45,372 bases of DNA from Candidatus Levyibacteriota bacterium (GCA_043823085.1 JBDRBE010000001.1:179110-224481), one strand, 5' to 3'; shown: positions 17,246-25,986, numbered from the stretch's first letter. Numbers and translations: made by a program. The notes: a model not told the origin generated them from the letters alone.

Positions 17246-18522
17246 AAATTGCCATTATCGGCGCTGGATTAACAGGTCTTACTTTGGCATATAAATTATC
17301 TAAAAAAGGTTTCTATGTTTCTGTTTTTGAGAAAGATGAAATTCCCGGAGGTCTCGCGAAAGGATTTAAATCAGAAAATTGGCAATGGTATTTAGATAAT
17401 TATTATCATCATATTTTTACTTCCGACAGCTCAATTATAAATTTAGCAAAAGAGGTAAATATACCGATTGGTTTTCTTAGACCAAAAACAAAAAGCTTGA
17501 TTGATGGGAAAATTTATCCTCTTGATTCACCTTTAGACGTTTTGTCTTTTAAAGAATTAACTGTCTTAGAAAGATTAAGGATGGGCTTAATTCTAGCCTA
17601 TCTAAAAATAACGCCCTTTTGGAAATCAATGGAAAACGTAGCCGCGGCAGACTTTTTACCAAAAATGATGGGAGAAAAATCTTACAAGATTCTGTGGGAA
17701 CCGCTTTTATCGGCAAAGTTTGGTCAATATAAAAATCATGTTCCTCTCTCTTGGTTTTGGGCAAGGATTAAAAAAAGAAGCGCCAGTCTTGGATACCCCC
17801 AAGGCGGTTTCCAAAATCTGATTAATGAGATTAAAAATAAAGCGCAAAAAAATGGCGTAAAATTCTATTTTGAAAGTGAAGTAACTAAAATTTCAAAAAA
17901 TAGAGAAGAAATAAATCTTTCTTTTGCAAACTCGAAAAAGGAAACTTTTAATAAATTAATTGCAACAATTCCCTCACCGTCTTTTACTAAACTGATTGAT
18001 GATCTCCCAAAAGATTATATTAAAAAATTAAATTCGCTGAAATATATTTCCGCATTAAATCTAATTCTTGTCTTAAACAAACCATTTTTCCAGGACAATA
18101 CTTATTGGCTTAACGTCTGCGACAAAAGCTTTCCCTTTTTGTCCGTGGTCGAACACACGAATTTTATCGATTCAAAATATTATAACGGCGAACACATTAT
18201 TTATGTAGGAAATTATTTACCGCAAAACCATCCCTATTTTTCAAAATCCGCTGATGAACTTCTTGCAATTTTTGATCCATTCCTTAAAAGGATAAACCAA
18301 AATTATAAGTCACAAGTTATAAATTATAAGTTGATCAAGGACTATTTCGCCCAACCGGTTATTCCTTTAAATTATTCAAAGATTATTCCCTCATTCAAAA
18401 CTCCGCTAAAGAATGTTTATCTTACCAACATGCAGCAAGTTTACCCCTGGGACAGAGGCACAAACTACGCTGTAGAATTTGGGGAAAAAGTGGCAAGCTT
18501 AGTTGCTTATGAAACATTTTGA
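17242..18522 (+). CDS. NAD(P)/FAD-dependent oxidoreductase (amine-oxidase / UDP-galactopyranose-mutase-like fold)
   Basis: N-terminal Rossmann motif KIAIIGAGLTGLTLAYKLSKKGFYVSVFEKDEIPGGLA, then YYHHIF. Confidence 0.7.
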   Translation: MKIAIIGAGLTGLTLAYKLSKKGFYVSVFEKDEIPGGLAKGFKSENWQWYLDNYYHHIFTSDSSIINLAKEVNIPIGFLRPKTKSLIDGKIYPLDSPLDVLSFKELTVLERLRMGLILAYLKITPFWKSMENVAAADFLPKMMGEKSYKILWEPLLSAKFGQYKNHVPLSWFWARIKKRSASLGYPQGGFQNLINEIKNKAQKNGVKFYFESEVTKISKNREEINLSFANSKKETFNKLIATIPSPSFTKLIDDLPKDYIKKLNSLKYISALNLILVLNKPFFQDNTYWLNVCDKSFPFLSVVEHTNFIDSKYYNGEHIIYVGNYLPQNHPYFSKSADELLAIFDPFLKRINQNYKSQVINYKLIKDYFAQPVIPLNYSKIIPSFKTPLKNVYLTNMQQVYPWDRGTNYAVEFGEKVASLVAYETF

Positions 18523-20134
18523 AAATAAATATACTATCCGCTATTTGCTATTTGCTATTATACTGTTCGGCGCTTTTTTGCGCTTCTATAATCTAAATTG
18601 GGGCGCTCCATATTATTTTCATCCCGATGAGAGAAATATTGCTTCATCCATTTCTCAGCTAAATTTTCCTTGGCAAATGAATCCGCATTTTTTTGCTTAT
18701 GGAAGTTTCCCGATTTATGTTAGCTATTTTGTTGGGATTATTTTTAACTTACTATTTCAAGTAATACACGCACAAGCTTTTGACAGAAATATTTTCTTTG
18801 TTTCGTTTGAAAATGCAATTATTTCCTTAAGACTAATATCTGTATTATTAAGTATTTCAATTATTCCCTTAATTTATTTTACCGGGAAAAAATTGGGCGG
18901 AAGAAAAGTTGGTTTATTAGCGGCAATTCTTTCTAGTATTAGTGTCGGATTTATTCAATTTGCTCATTTTGGAACATTTGAAATCTGGCTAACATTTTTA
19001 AGTCTTTTATTTTTCTATTTATGTTTAAGAAACATAGAAAAAATTACCCTTAAAAATATTATCGTTTTATGCGTTGTTCTAGCTCTTCTTTTTGGAACTA
19101 AAATTTCAAGTCTTGTCATACTTCCTCTGCCGTTTCTTTTAATCATAAAAAATATAAAAGGCTATAAAAAAATCACATATTCTTTTCTTTCTCTTTTTGC
19201 GCCAGTAATAATTTTATTATTAATATCGCCTTTTTTTATTTTAGATTTCAACTCTTTTCGAGGGAGCATGCAGTATGAATCATCTGTCGCACTTGGAACT
19301 TTACCGGTATTTTATATCGGCGAATTTTTTAATTCATTGCCAATACTTTTTCAATTTACAAGAATTTACCCTTTTCTACTAAACCCAATTATTACGCTAC
19401 TTCTTATTCCTTCCATTGTCTATATCCTGTATCAATCTTTTAAAAAGAAGCTTGTTGACCATTATCTGCTATTTGCTATTTTCTCTTTGCTATTCTTTTC
19501 CCAGGCTTTTTTCTTTGCCAAATGGACAAGATATATGGTGCCGACTCTGCCTTTTATTTATTTAATGATTTCTCTTACTCTTATAAGTTTTTTAAAATTG
19601 CCGATAAAAAATGTTTTTAAAAATATCTTTTTTACATTAATAATTTTTGGAAGTTTTCTTTATACCACTTCTTATTTTATAACTGCGTTTGTAAAAGCTG
19701 ATACAAGAATTTCGGCCGCAAGCTTTGCTCAAAAAAATATTTCGAGAGATTCAAATATTTTAAGTGAGGTTTATGATCTTGGCATTACTCCATTTAATCC
19801 CCTTCTCTCAAAAATTACACTTTTTAATTTTTACGATTTAGATCAAACTCCATCAAAAGAAGATGAACTTTCTTCTTATCTTTCAAATTACGATTATCTT
19901 ATTTTGCCAAGTCAAAGAATTTTAAAATCAAGATTAATTCAACCGAAACAATTTCCTGTAGGATATAATGTTTACAAGAAAATTGTCGATGAACTTGGAT
20001 TCAAAAAAATTTACCAGTCACCATGTGATATTTTCTGTAAGATTACTTATTTAAATAATCCTGTTTTCTCTTTTGAGGAAACAGCAAATATCTTTGACCG
20101 TCCGACTGTTTTTATTTATAAAATAATGCATTAA
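18509..20134 (+). CDS. GT-C fold membrane glycosyltransferase (GT39/ArnT/PMT-like), paralog 1
   Basis: Polytopic membrane protein. Shares NLNWGAPYYFHPDERNI and NPHFFAYGSFPIY with the next ORF. ATG 18509 preferred over TTG 18503. Confidence 0.7.
   Translation: MKHFENKYTIRYLLFAIILFGAFLRFYNLNWGAPYYFHPDERNIASSISQLNFPWQMNPHFFAYGSFPIYVSYFVGIIFNLLFQVIHAQAFDRNIFFVSFENAIISLRLISVLLSISIIPLIYFTGKKLGGRKVGLLAAILSSISVGFIQFAHFGTFEIWLTFLSLLFFYLCLRNIEKITLKNIIVLCVVLALLFGTKISSLVILPLPFLLIIKNIKGYKKITYSFLSLFAPVIILLLISPFFILDFNSFRGSMQYESSVALGTLPVFYIGEFFNSLPILFQFTRIYPFLLNPIITLLLIPSIVYILYQSFKKKLVDHYLLFAIFSLLFFSQAFFFAKWTRYMVPTLPFIYLMISLTLISFLKLPIKNVFKNIFFTLIIFGSFLYTTSYFITAFVKADTRISAASFAQKNISRDSNILSEVYDLGITPFNPLLSKITLFNFYDLDQTPSKEDELSSYLSNYDYLILPSQRILKSRLIQPKQFPVGYNVYKKIVDELGFKKIYQSPCDIFCKITYLNNPVFSFEETANIFDRPTVFIYKIMH
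18531..18558. repeat. 7-nt-periodic tract ATACTAT-CCGCTAT-TTGCTAT-TTGCTAT
   Basis: Read directly; encodes YTIRYLLFAI at the start of the first TM helix of the GT-C gene. Confidence 0.6.
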
Positions 20135-20136
20135 AA

Positions 20137-22002
20137 ATGAAAAGAACAGACCGTCTTATTCTAATTATAATAATTATTATTGCCGCCGCTTTTAGGATTT
20201 ACGGACTAAATTGGGATCAAGGTTTTCACTTGCATCCTGACGAAAGAGCTATCACAATGTTTGTGATACCCCTTCAATTCCCAAGAAGCATTTTTGAATT
20301 TCTTTCTCTCCAAAGTTCTTGGAATCCGCATTTTTTCGCCTATGGTAGTTTCCCATTATATTTTTTGAAAATTTTTGGCCAAATAGCAAGCGCTTTTAAC
20401 CAAGAACTTTCCGGGTATTCTCTCTTGAATCTTTTAGGCCGTTATTTATCGGTATTTTTTGATTTAGGAACTTTGATTTTTATCTTTCTTCTGACACGAA
20501 AAATTTTTAATCAAACGCTGGGTTTTATTGCCGCATTTTTCTATGCCATTAGTGTTTTCTCCATACAGGCGGCTCATTTTTACGCCGTTGACACGCCTTT
20601 AACTTTTTTTGTTTTAATTACACTTTACCAACTTATCAGGTTCTATGAAAAACCAAGCAAAAAAAATGCAATAGTTGTCGGAATTTTCTTTGGACTTTCA
20701 CTGGCTACAAAAAATAGCGCTCTTGTTCTTCTTTCCTCCATTGGACTTTCCCTGACAGCTGATTTTTTCCTTATCCTTTTTAAAAATCCTCATCGCCCTC
20801 ATATTTGGTTTCCTCATTTCTTAAAATTTGTAAAATCGCTTATTAATGATGGAGTTATTATTGGGATTAGTACTCTTTTGACCTTTCTAATTTTTGAGCC
20901 TTATGCGCTTTTAGATTTTAAAGAGTTTTATAGACAAACCATGCAACAATATCAAATGACGCATGACGCTTTTACCTTTCCGTATACGCTCCAATATGTT
21001 GGAAAAATTCCCTATTTTTATGAATTAAAAAATATTTTTCTCTGGGGGCAAGGACCGATACTTGCGATTTTGTCTTTCCTGGGAGCATTATATTTTACTT
21101 TTATTGCAATTAAAAAATCCCGTCAAGCCCAAAGCAAACAGTCTAAAGAATTAATTATTGCTGTATTTTTTTGGTCATACTTCTTAACCGTGGGAAATTT
21201 TGCTATTGGTTTTATGCGCTACATGCTCCCCTTATATCCGCTCTTTTGCATTTTCGCAGCAGTAATTTTTTACCGGATTTTTAAAAAATTAAATTTTGAA
21301 AATTCATTGAAAATTGAAAATTTAAAATTGAAAATTATATTTTTATTGATGATCATGAGTATCCTAATTTGGCCGTTAGCTTTCATGCACATTTACACTC
21401 AACCCAATACCCGCGTCAGCGCATCCAATTGGATAATAAAAAATATTCCCCAAGGTAAAACATTGGCTATTGAACACTGGGATGACTCTTTGCCGCTTTT
21501 TGGACAAGAAAAATATAAAATATTGATTCTCCCCCTGTATGATCCGGATACCGAAGCGAAATGGTCAATAATAAATCAAACGCTTTCTCAAACCGATTAC
21601 ATTGTCATTGCTTCCAATCGCCTTTATATTCCACTACAAAAACTAACTGATTGCAATTCTCTTCCGCCAGGCAGATGCTACAAAGAAACAGCTGATTATT
21701 ATAAACGATTATTTAATGAACAGAATGTCATCTCTTCGAGCCCGAGCCTCAGAGCCGAAGGCCTGAATTTATTTCAGGATCTCAATCAACCCGAGATTCC
21801 GAAACAAGTTCGGAATGACATAAGAGGTATACGGTTTCAAAAAGTCGCAGAATTTACAAGTTATCCGACATTAGAAACCAGAAATTTACCTGTCCTTCGA
21901 AGCCTTGGCGTAGGAGGAAAATTAGAAATTGATGATTCATCGGCAGATGAATCTTTTACGGTTTATGATCATCCCAAAATAATAATTTTTAAAAAAATTT
22001 AG
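20137..22002 (+). CDS. GT-C fold membrane glycosyltransferase (GT39/ArnT/PMT-like), paralog 2
   Basis: GLNWDQGFHLHPDERAI and NPHFFAYGSFPLY motifs parallel to paralog 1. Polytopic, with a soluble C-terminal domain. Confidence 0.7.
   Translation: MKRTDRLILIIIIIIAAAFRIYGLNWDQGFHLHPDERAITMFVIPLQFPRSIFEFLSLQSSWNPHFFAYGSFPLYFLKIFGQIASAFNQELSGYSLLNLLGRYLSVFFDLGTLIFIFLLTRKIFNQTLGFIAAFFYAISVFSIQAAHFYAVDTPLTFFVLITLYQLIRFYEKPSKKNAIVVGIFFGLSLATKNSALVLLSSIGLSLTADFFLILFKNPHRPHIWFPHFLKFVKSLINDGVIIGISTLLTFLIFEPYALLDFKEFYRQTMQQYQMTHDAFTFPYTLQYVGKIPYFYELKNIFLWGQGPILAILSFLGALYFTFIAIKKSRQAQSKQSKELIIAVFFWSYFLTVGNFAIGFMRYMLPLYPLFCIFAAVIFYRIFKKLNFENSLKIENLKLKIIFLLMIMSILIWPLAFMHIYTQPNTRVSASNWIIKNIPQGKTLAIEHWDDSLPLFGQEKYKILILPLYDPDTEAKWSIINQTLSQTDYIVIASNRLYIPLQKLTDCNSLPPGRCYKETADYYKRLFNEQNVISSSPSLRAEGLNLFQDLNQPEIPKQVRNDIRGIRFQKVAEFTSYPTLETRNLPVLRSLGVGGKLEIDDSSADESFTVYDHPKIIIFKKI
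21303..21336 (+). repeat. 34-nt heptamer-periodic AT-rich element, copy B (inside a CDS)
   Basis: Identical to 4953-4986. Translated as SLKIENLKLKI. Confidence 0.85.
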
Positions 22003-22049
22003 GTTCTTGTTTTTAAAACTTTTACAGTGTTACAATCATTTTTATAATT

Positions 22050-23081
22050 ATGAAAGTTATAATTACCGGGGGTTGCGGGTTTTTGGGAGTTCACTTGGCA
22101 AGAAAACTTCTTAAAGAAAAATATTCTGTAACTCTTTTTGATCTTGCCAGTTTAGAAGCGAGAGACTTAATGGGAAAAGTAAATCTTATAAAGGGGGATG
22201 TGCGCGATAAAAAGAGTGTTGAAAAAGCAATCGAAAAAAATGATTTTGTTATTCATACTGCTGCCGCACTGCCGATTCAAAAAACAAAAGAAATAATTTT
22301 TGATATAAATATAAATGGTACGAAAAATGTTTTAGATTCTGCTTTACAAAACAAAATAAAGCGACTCATTTTTATTTCTTCAACAGCTGTCTATGGAGTT
22401 CCAAAAACTTTGCCGGAAACCGAAGATGACAGACTTGACCCAATTGGATATTACGGCCAGTCAAAAATTATTGGAGAAAATTTATGCAATGAGTATATGT
22501 CAAAAGGACTTTCGATAAATATTCTTCGCCCAAAAACTTTTTTAGGGCCAGAGAGACTTGGAGTCTTTGAACTTTGGTTTGAGGCAATTTATACCGATAA
22601 AAGAATTTTCATTTTAGGTAACGGTAATAATCGCTATCAACTTCTGGCGGTTTCCGATATGACCGACGCCATCGTTAAAGCCATGACTTGCAAGATTGAC
22701 GGTGAAACATTTAACATTGGCGCAAAAAAATTTAAAACATGGAGAAAAGATCTTGGTGCTGTTATCAAATATGCAAAATCAAAATCGAAGATTACCGGTC
22801 TGCCTGTTTTACCATCACAAATTATCTTATCTATTTTAGAAACATTGAATCTTTCCCCAATCGCCGCCTGGCACTATAAAACCCTGCCAATTAATTCTTA
22901 CGTTTCTATTAAAAAAGCGGAAAAACTCCTTAATTGGCATTCTAAAAAATCCAATGAAAAACTTTTACTTGAAAGTTATGAATGGTACAAAAAACACAGA
23001 AGTCAAGTACAGCATAGAATCGGTTTGACCCACAGGGTCGGATGGAATTTTAAACTTCTTAATCTTTTTAAAAAATTTTAA
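22050..23081 (+). CDS. NAD-dependent epimerase/dehydratase (extended SDR)
   Basis: VIITGGCGFLGVHLARKL Rossmann motif and catalytic YGQSK (YxxxK). Confidence 0.85.
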   Translation: MKVIITGGCGFLGVHLARKLLKEKYSVTLFDLASLEARDLMGKVNLIKGDVRDKKSVEKAIEKNDFVIHTAAALPIQKTKEIIFDININGTKNVLDSALQNKIKRLIFISSTAVYGVPKTLPETEDDRLDPIGYYGQSKIIGENLCNEYMSKGLSINILRPKTFLGPERLGVFELWFEAIYTDKRIFILGNGNNRYQLLAVSDMTDAIVKAMTCKIDGETFNIGAKKFKTWRKDLGAVIKYAKSKSKITGLPVLPSQIILSILETLNLSPIAAWHYKTLPINSYVSIKKAEKLLNWHSKKSNEKLLLESYEWYKKHRSQVQHRIGLTHRVGWNFKLLNLFKKF

Positions 23082-23087
23082 TAAATA

Positions 23088-23627
23088 ATGAATTTAGGTT
23101 TTGATTTTGATAAAATTTTTGTAGATTACCCGCCTTTTATTCCAAACGGAATAATTGATCGACTGTATAAAAAAAAGTCTAATGGAGAATTATTGTATCG
23201 AATTCCATCCAGGCTTGAACAAATCTTAAGACTTATTAGCCATCAATCAATTTTTAGGCCGCTTATCAAAGAAAATCTAATTTTTTTAAAAAAAATCAGA
23301 CAAAAAAATAACCATAAATACTATCTTATTTCTAGCCGATTTAGTTTCCTAAAAAAACCAACCCAAGGAATTATTAAAAAGTGTGAATTTGATAAGATTT
23401 TTAATGCCATGTATTTTAATTTCGAAAACGAACAACCGCATATTTTCAAGAATGAAGTAATAAAAAAATTAAAGATTAACAGATATATAGATGATGATCT
23501 GCCGCTTATAAAATTTTTAGCCAATGAGAATCCAAAAACATTTTTTTTCTGGCTTAATAAAAAAGATAATAAAAAATTAAGCAAAAACTTAATGGCCGTT
23601 ACTAAAATCAATAAAATCTTAAGTTAA
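23088..23627 (+). CDS. Hypothetical protein, possibly a HAD-superfamily phosphatase
   Basis: Candidate HAD motifs: FDFDKIF (DxD), LISSR, a conserved Lys region and YIDDD. The match is weak. Confidence 0.35.
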   Translation: MNLGFDFDKIFVDYPPFIPNGIIDRLYKKKSNGELLYRIPSRLEQILRLISHQSIFRPLIKENLIFLKKIRQKNNHKYYLISSRFSFLKKPTQGIIKKCEFDKIFNAMYFNFENEQPHIFKNEVIKKLKINRYIDDDLPLIKFLANENPKTFFFWLNKKDNKKLSKNLMAVTKINKILS

Positions 23628-23628
23628 G

Positions 23629-25917
23629 ATGAATCCTGTTGACTTTTTATTTGTTATCAAATGGTGGCTTGTATTTTTGATTATTGGAATTATTTTTTTA
23701 CCGCTAACTGCTAAGATTTTTTCTAGATTTTTTGATCTTGGGTATATTTTTTCTAAAATTTTTGCCTTAATTTTTATTAGCTATGCTGTCTTTCTTTTTG
23801 GAATTTTAAAAATTATTCCCTTTACTTTTCCTTTTCTTATTTTAATAATTCTTGGATTTTTAATTTTTAATTTTTACCTATTCTCCAAGAATTTTAAAGA
23901 TCTCGTTATTTTAAAAAATAATTGGAGGATATTTGCTTTCGAAGAACTGCTTTTTTTATCAACTCTTATTTTTTGGTCATATGTCCGTGGTTTTGCGCCA
24001 GATATTCATGGTCTGGAAAAATACATGGATTTTGGGTTTGTAAATTCAATTTTAAGAAGCGATTATTTTCCGCCAAAAGATATGTGGCTTACCCCATTTC
24101 CTATTAATTATTATTATTTCGGACATTTAGTTACTGCTGTTTTAACAAAACTTTCCGACATTCTTTCTATTGTTACCTATAATCTGATGCTGGCAACAAT
24201 TTTTGCCCTGACATTTACAGCCAGTTTTTCTATCGGCGCTAATCTTATTTCTAAACTAAATGTTAAACACTACAAACTATATACCATACGCTATAAGCTA
24301 TATGTTATTATTAGTGGTCTCACTTCTGCCTTTCTAGTAACTCTTGCCGGCAACCTTCATACTATTTATACTCTTTTTAAACCCTACTCCAATGAAAACC
24401 CCGTGCCTTTTTGGCAGCTTCTATTTGCCTTTGATTCATTTCCAAATTCCTATTGGTATCCAAATGCCACTCGTTTTATTTACAATACCATTCACGAATT
24501 CCCTATTTATTCTTTTGTCGTCTCCGATCTTCACGGTCACGTTTTAGATATACCAATTGTTCTTTTAACAATAGCTATTCTGCTTAGCTTAATTTTCAAT
24601 TTTCAATTTTCAATTTTCAATCAAATTAAAAATTCTAAAAATCAAAATTCATTTCAAATTTCAAATTTTAAATTTCAAATTGTATTATTAGGTTTCTTAT
24701 TAGCAGTAATGTACATGACCAACGTTTGGGATGGAATTATTTATGCCCTCCTTATATTATTTGTCTTTTTCTATCTCGCATCTTGCACTAAAAACTATAC
24801 GCTATACGCCATACGCTATACGCTGGTTATCCTTGGTTTTATCTTGTTTTCTCTTCCATTTAATTTAAACTTTAAACCATTCGCATCAGGTATTGGAATT
24901 TTATGCGCTCCGACTTTTTTAACCGATATTGGAAAAATTGGTCCGTTTCTTTTTGAAGCCAATCATTGTCAAAAATCACCTTTCTGGCAATTTTTGATTC
25001 TCTACGGATTTTTCTATTTTTGGATCATCTCATTTTTAATATATTTATTTAAAATCAAAAGTCTCGGCCAAAGGCCGATCAGTCTCTGGCTGAAAAAACC
25101 AAAAATCAATTTTAATTTTATTAGAAATTTGAAATTAGAAATTAGAAATTCTTTGTTTCCTTCTGATCTTTTTATTCTGATATTAATCTTCTTATCAACA
25201 TTACTGATTATAATCCCCGAATTTATTTATGCCAAAGACATATATCCTGCTCATTATCGAGCTAACACCATGTTCAAACTTGTCTATCAATCTTTTATTA
25301 TGCTTTCTATTTCCTCTGGATACATAACCATCAGAATTGTATCAAGCATCAAATATCAAGTATTAGGTATTAGCCTTAAGAAAAACTTATTTGCTATATG
25401 CTACTTGCTACTTGCTACTTGCCTATTATTTCTAGTATCTATTTATCCTTTCTTTGCCATTAATTCATATTACGGCGATCTGCAGATTTATAAAGGGCTT
25501 AACGGACTATCTTACCTAAAAAGTTTATACCCGACAGATTACGAGGCAATTCTTTGGCTAAATAAAAACATAAAAGGGCAGCCCGTAATTTTAGAGGCAC
25601 AGGGGGATTCATACACTGACTTTGCCAGAGTTTCTGCCAATACCGGTCTTTCGACAGTTTTGGGTTGGACAGTTCATGAATGGCTTTGGCGCGGAACATA
25701 TGATATCCCTGCTCCAAGAATTCCCGAAGTGGCAACACTTTATGAGACAAGTGATATGAATTCAACCACTGACTTAATAAAAAAATATAATATTTCTCTT
25801 GTCTTTATCGGCGATTTGGAACGCCAAAAATATCCAAAACTTAACGAACAAAAATTCCAAACTTTGGGAAAAATTATCTTCCAAGGCGGCAACACTAAAA
25901 TTTATAAAATAAATTAA
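23629..25917 (+). CDS. DUF2298 (Chlor_Arch_YYY) polytopic membrane protein, GT-C-like
   Basis: 762 aa with many TM helices. Diagnostic FPINYYYFGH motif. Confidence 0.75.
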   Translation: MNPVDFLFVIKWWLVFLIIGIIFLPLTAKIFSRFFDLGYIFSKIFALIFISYAVFLFGILKIIPFTFPFLILIILGFLIFNFYLFSKNFKDLVILKNNWRIFAFEELLFLSTLIFWSYVRGFAPDIHGLEKYMDFGFVNSILRSDYFPPKDMWLTPFPINYYYFGHLVTAVLTKLSDILSIVTYNLMLATIFALTFTASFSIGANLISKLNVKHYKLYTIRYKLYVIISGLTSAFLVTLAGNLHTIYTLFKPYSNENPVPFWQLLFAFDSFPNSYWYPNATRFIYNTIHEFPIYSFVVSDLHGHVLDIPIVLLTIAILLSLIFNFQFSIFNQIKNSKNQNSFQISNFKFQIVLLGFLLAVMYMTNVWDGIIYALLILFVFFYLASCTKNYTLYAIRYTLVILGFILFSLPFNLNFKPFASGIGILCAPTFLTDIGKIGPFLFEANHCQKSPFWQFLILYGFFYFWIISFLIYLFKIKSLGQRPISLWLKKPKINFNFIRNLKLEIRNSLFPSDLFILILIFLSTLLIIIPEFIYAKDIYPAHYRANTMFKLVYQSFIMLSISSGYITIRIVSSIKYQVLGISLKKNLFAICYLLLATCLLFLVSIYPFFAINSYYGDLQIYKGLNGLSYLKSLYPTDYEAILWLNKNIKGQPVILEAQGDSYTDFARVSANTGLSTVLGWTVHEWLWRGTYDIPAPRIPEVATLYETSDMNSTTDLIKKYNISLVFIGDLERQKYPKLNEQKFQTLGKIIFQGGNTKIYKIN
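24593..24620 (-). repeat. (TTTTCAA)x4, the reverse complement of (TTGAAAA)x4 and the same heptamer as the 34-nt element
   Basis: Four perfect copies inside the DUF2298 ORF, read as FNFQFSIFN. Confidence 0.85.
24651..24678. repeat. (ATTTCAA)x4 with the third copy ATTTTAA
   Basis: Read directly; encodes FQISNFKFQI. Confidence 0.8.
24795..24822. repeat. (CTATACG)x4 with the third copy CCATACG
   Basis: Read directly; encodes YTLYAIRYT. A degenerate relative lies at about 24268-24305 (CTACAAA CTATATA CCATACG CTATAAG CTATATG). Confidence 0.85.
25120..25147. repeat. (ATTAGAA)x4 with the second copy ATTTGAA
   Basis: Read directly; encodes IRNLKLEIRN. Confidence 0.8.
25391..25425. repeat. 7-nt-periodic tract TTGCTAT-ATGCTAC-TTGCTAC-TTGCTAC-TTGCCTA
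   Basis: Read directly; encodes FAICYLLLATCL. Confidence 0.75.
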
Positions 25918-25986
25918 TGAAAAACATTGCTCATCCTACTTAAACAACTCAATTGGCTTTATTCGTTGGTTTGTTATATTCTATTA

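Noticed and set aside
24590-25150. Possible CRISPR-like array, because of many regularly spaced short repeats
   Set aside because: The repeat unit is only 7 nt, the copies are directly adjacent with no spacers, the tracts lie within an open reading frame, and no cas genes are present.
25927-25986. TTG start for the orphan ORF, adding 20 hydrophobic residues
   Set aside because: The extended -10 box TGTTATATT lies inside this extension, exactly 6 nt before ATG 25987. This matches the pattern seen at six other genes.
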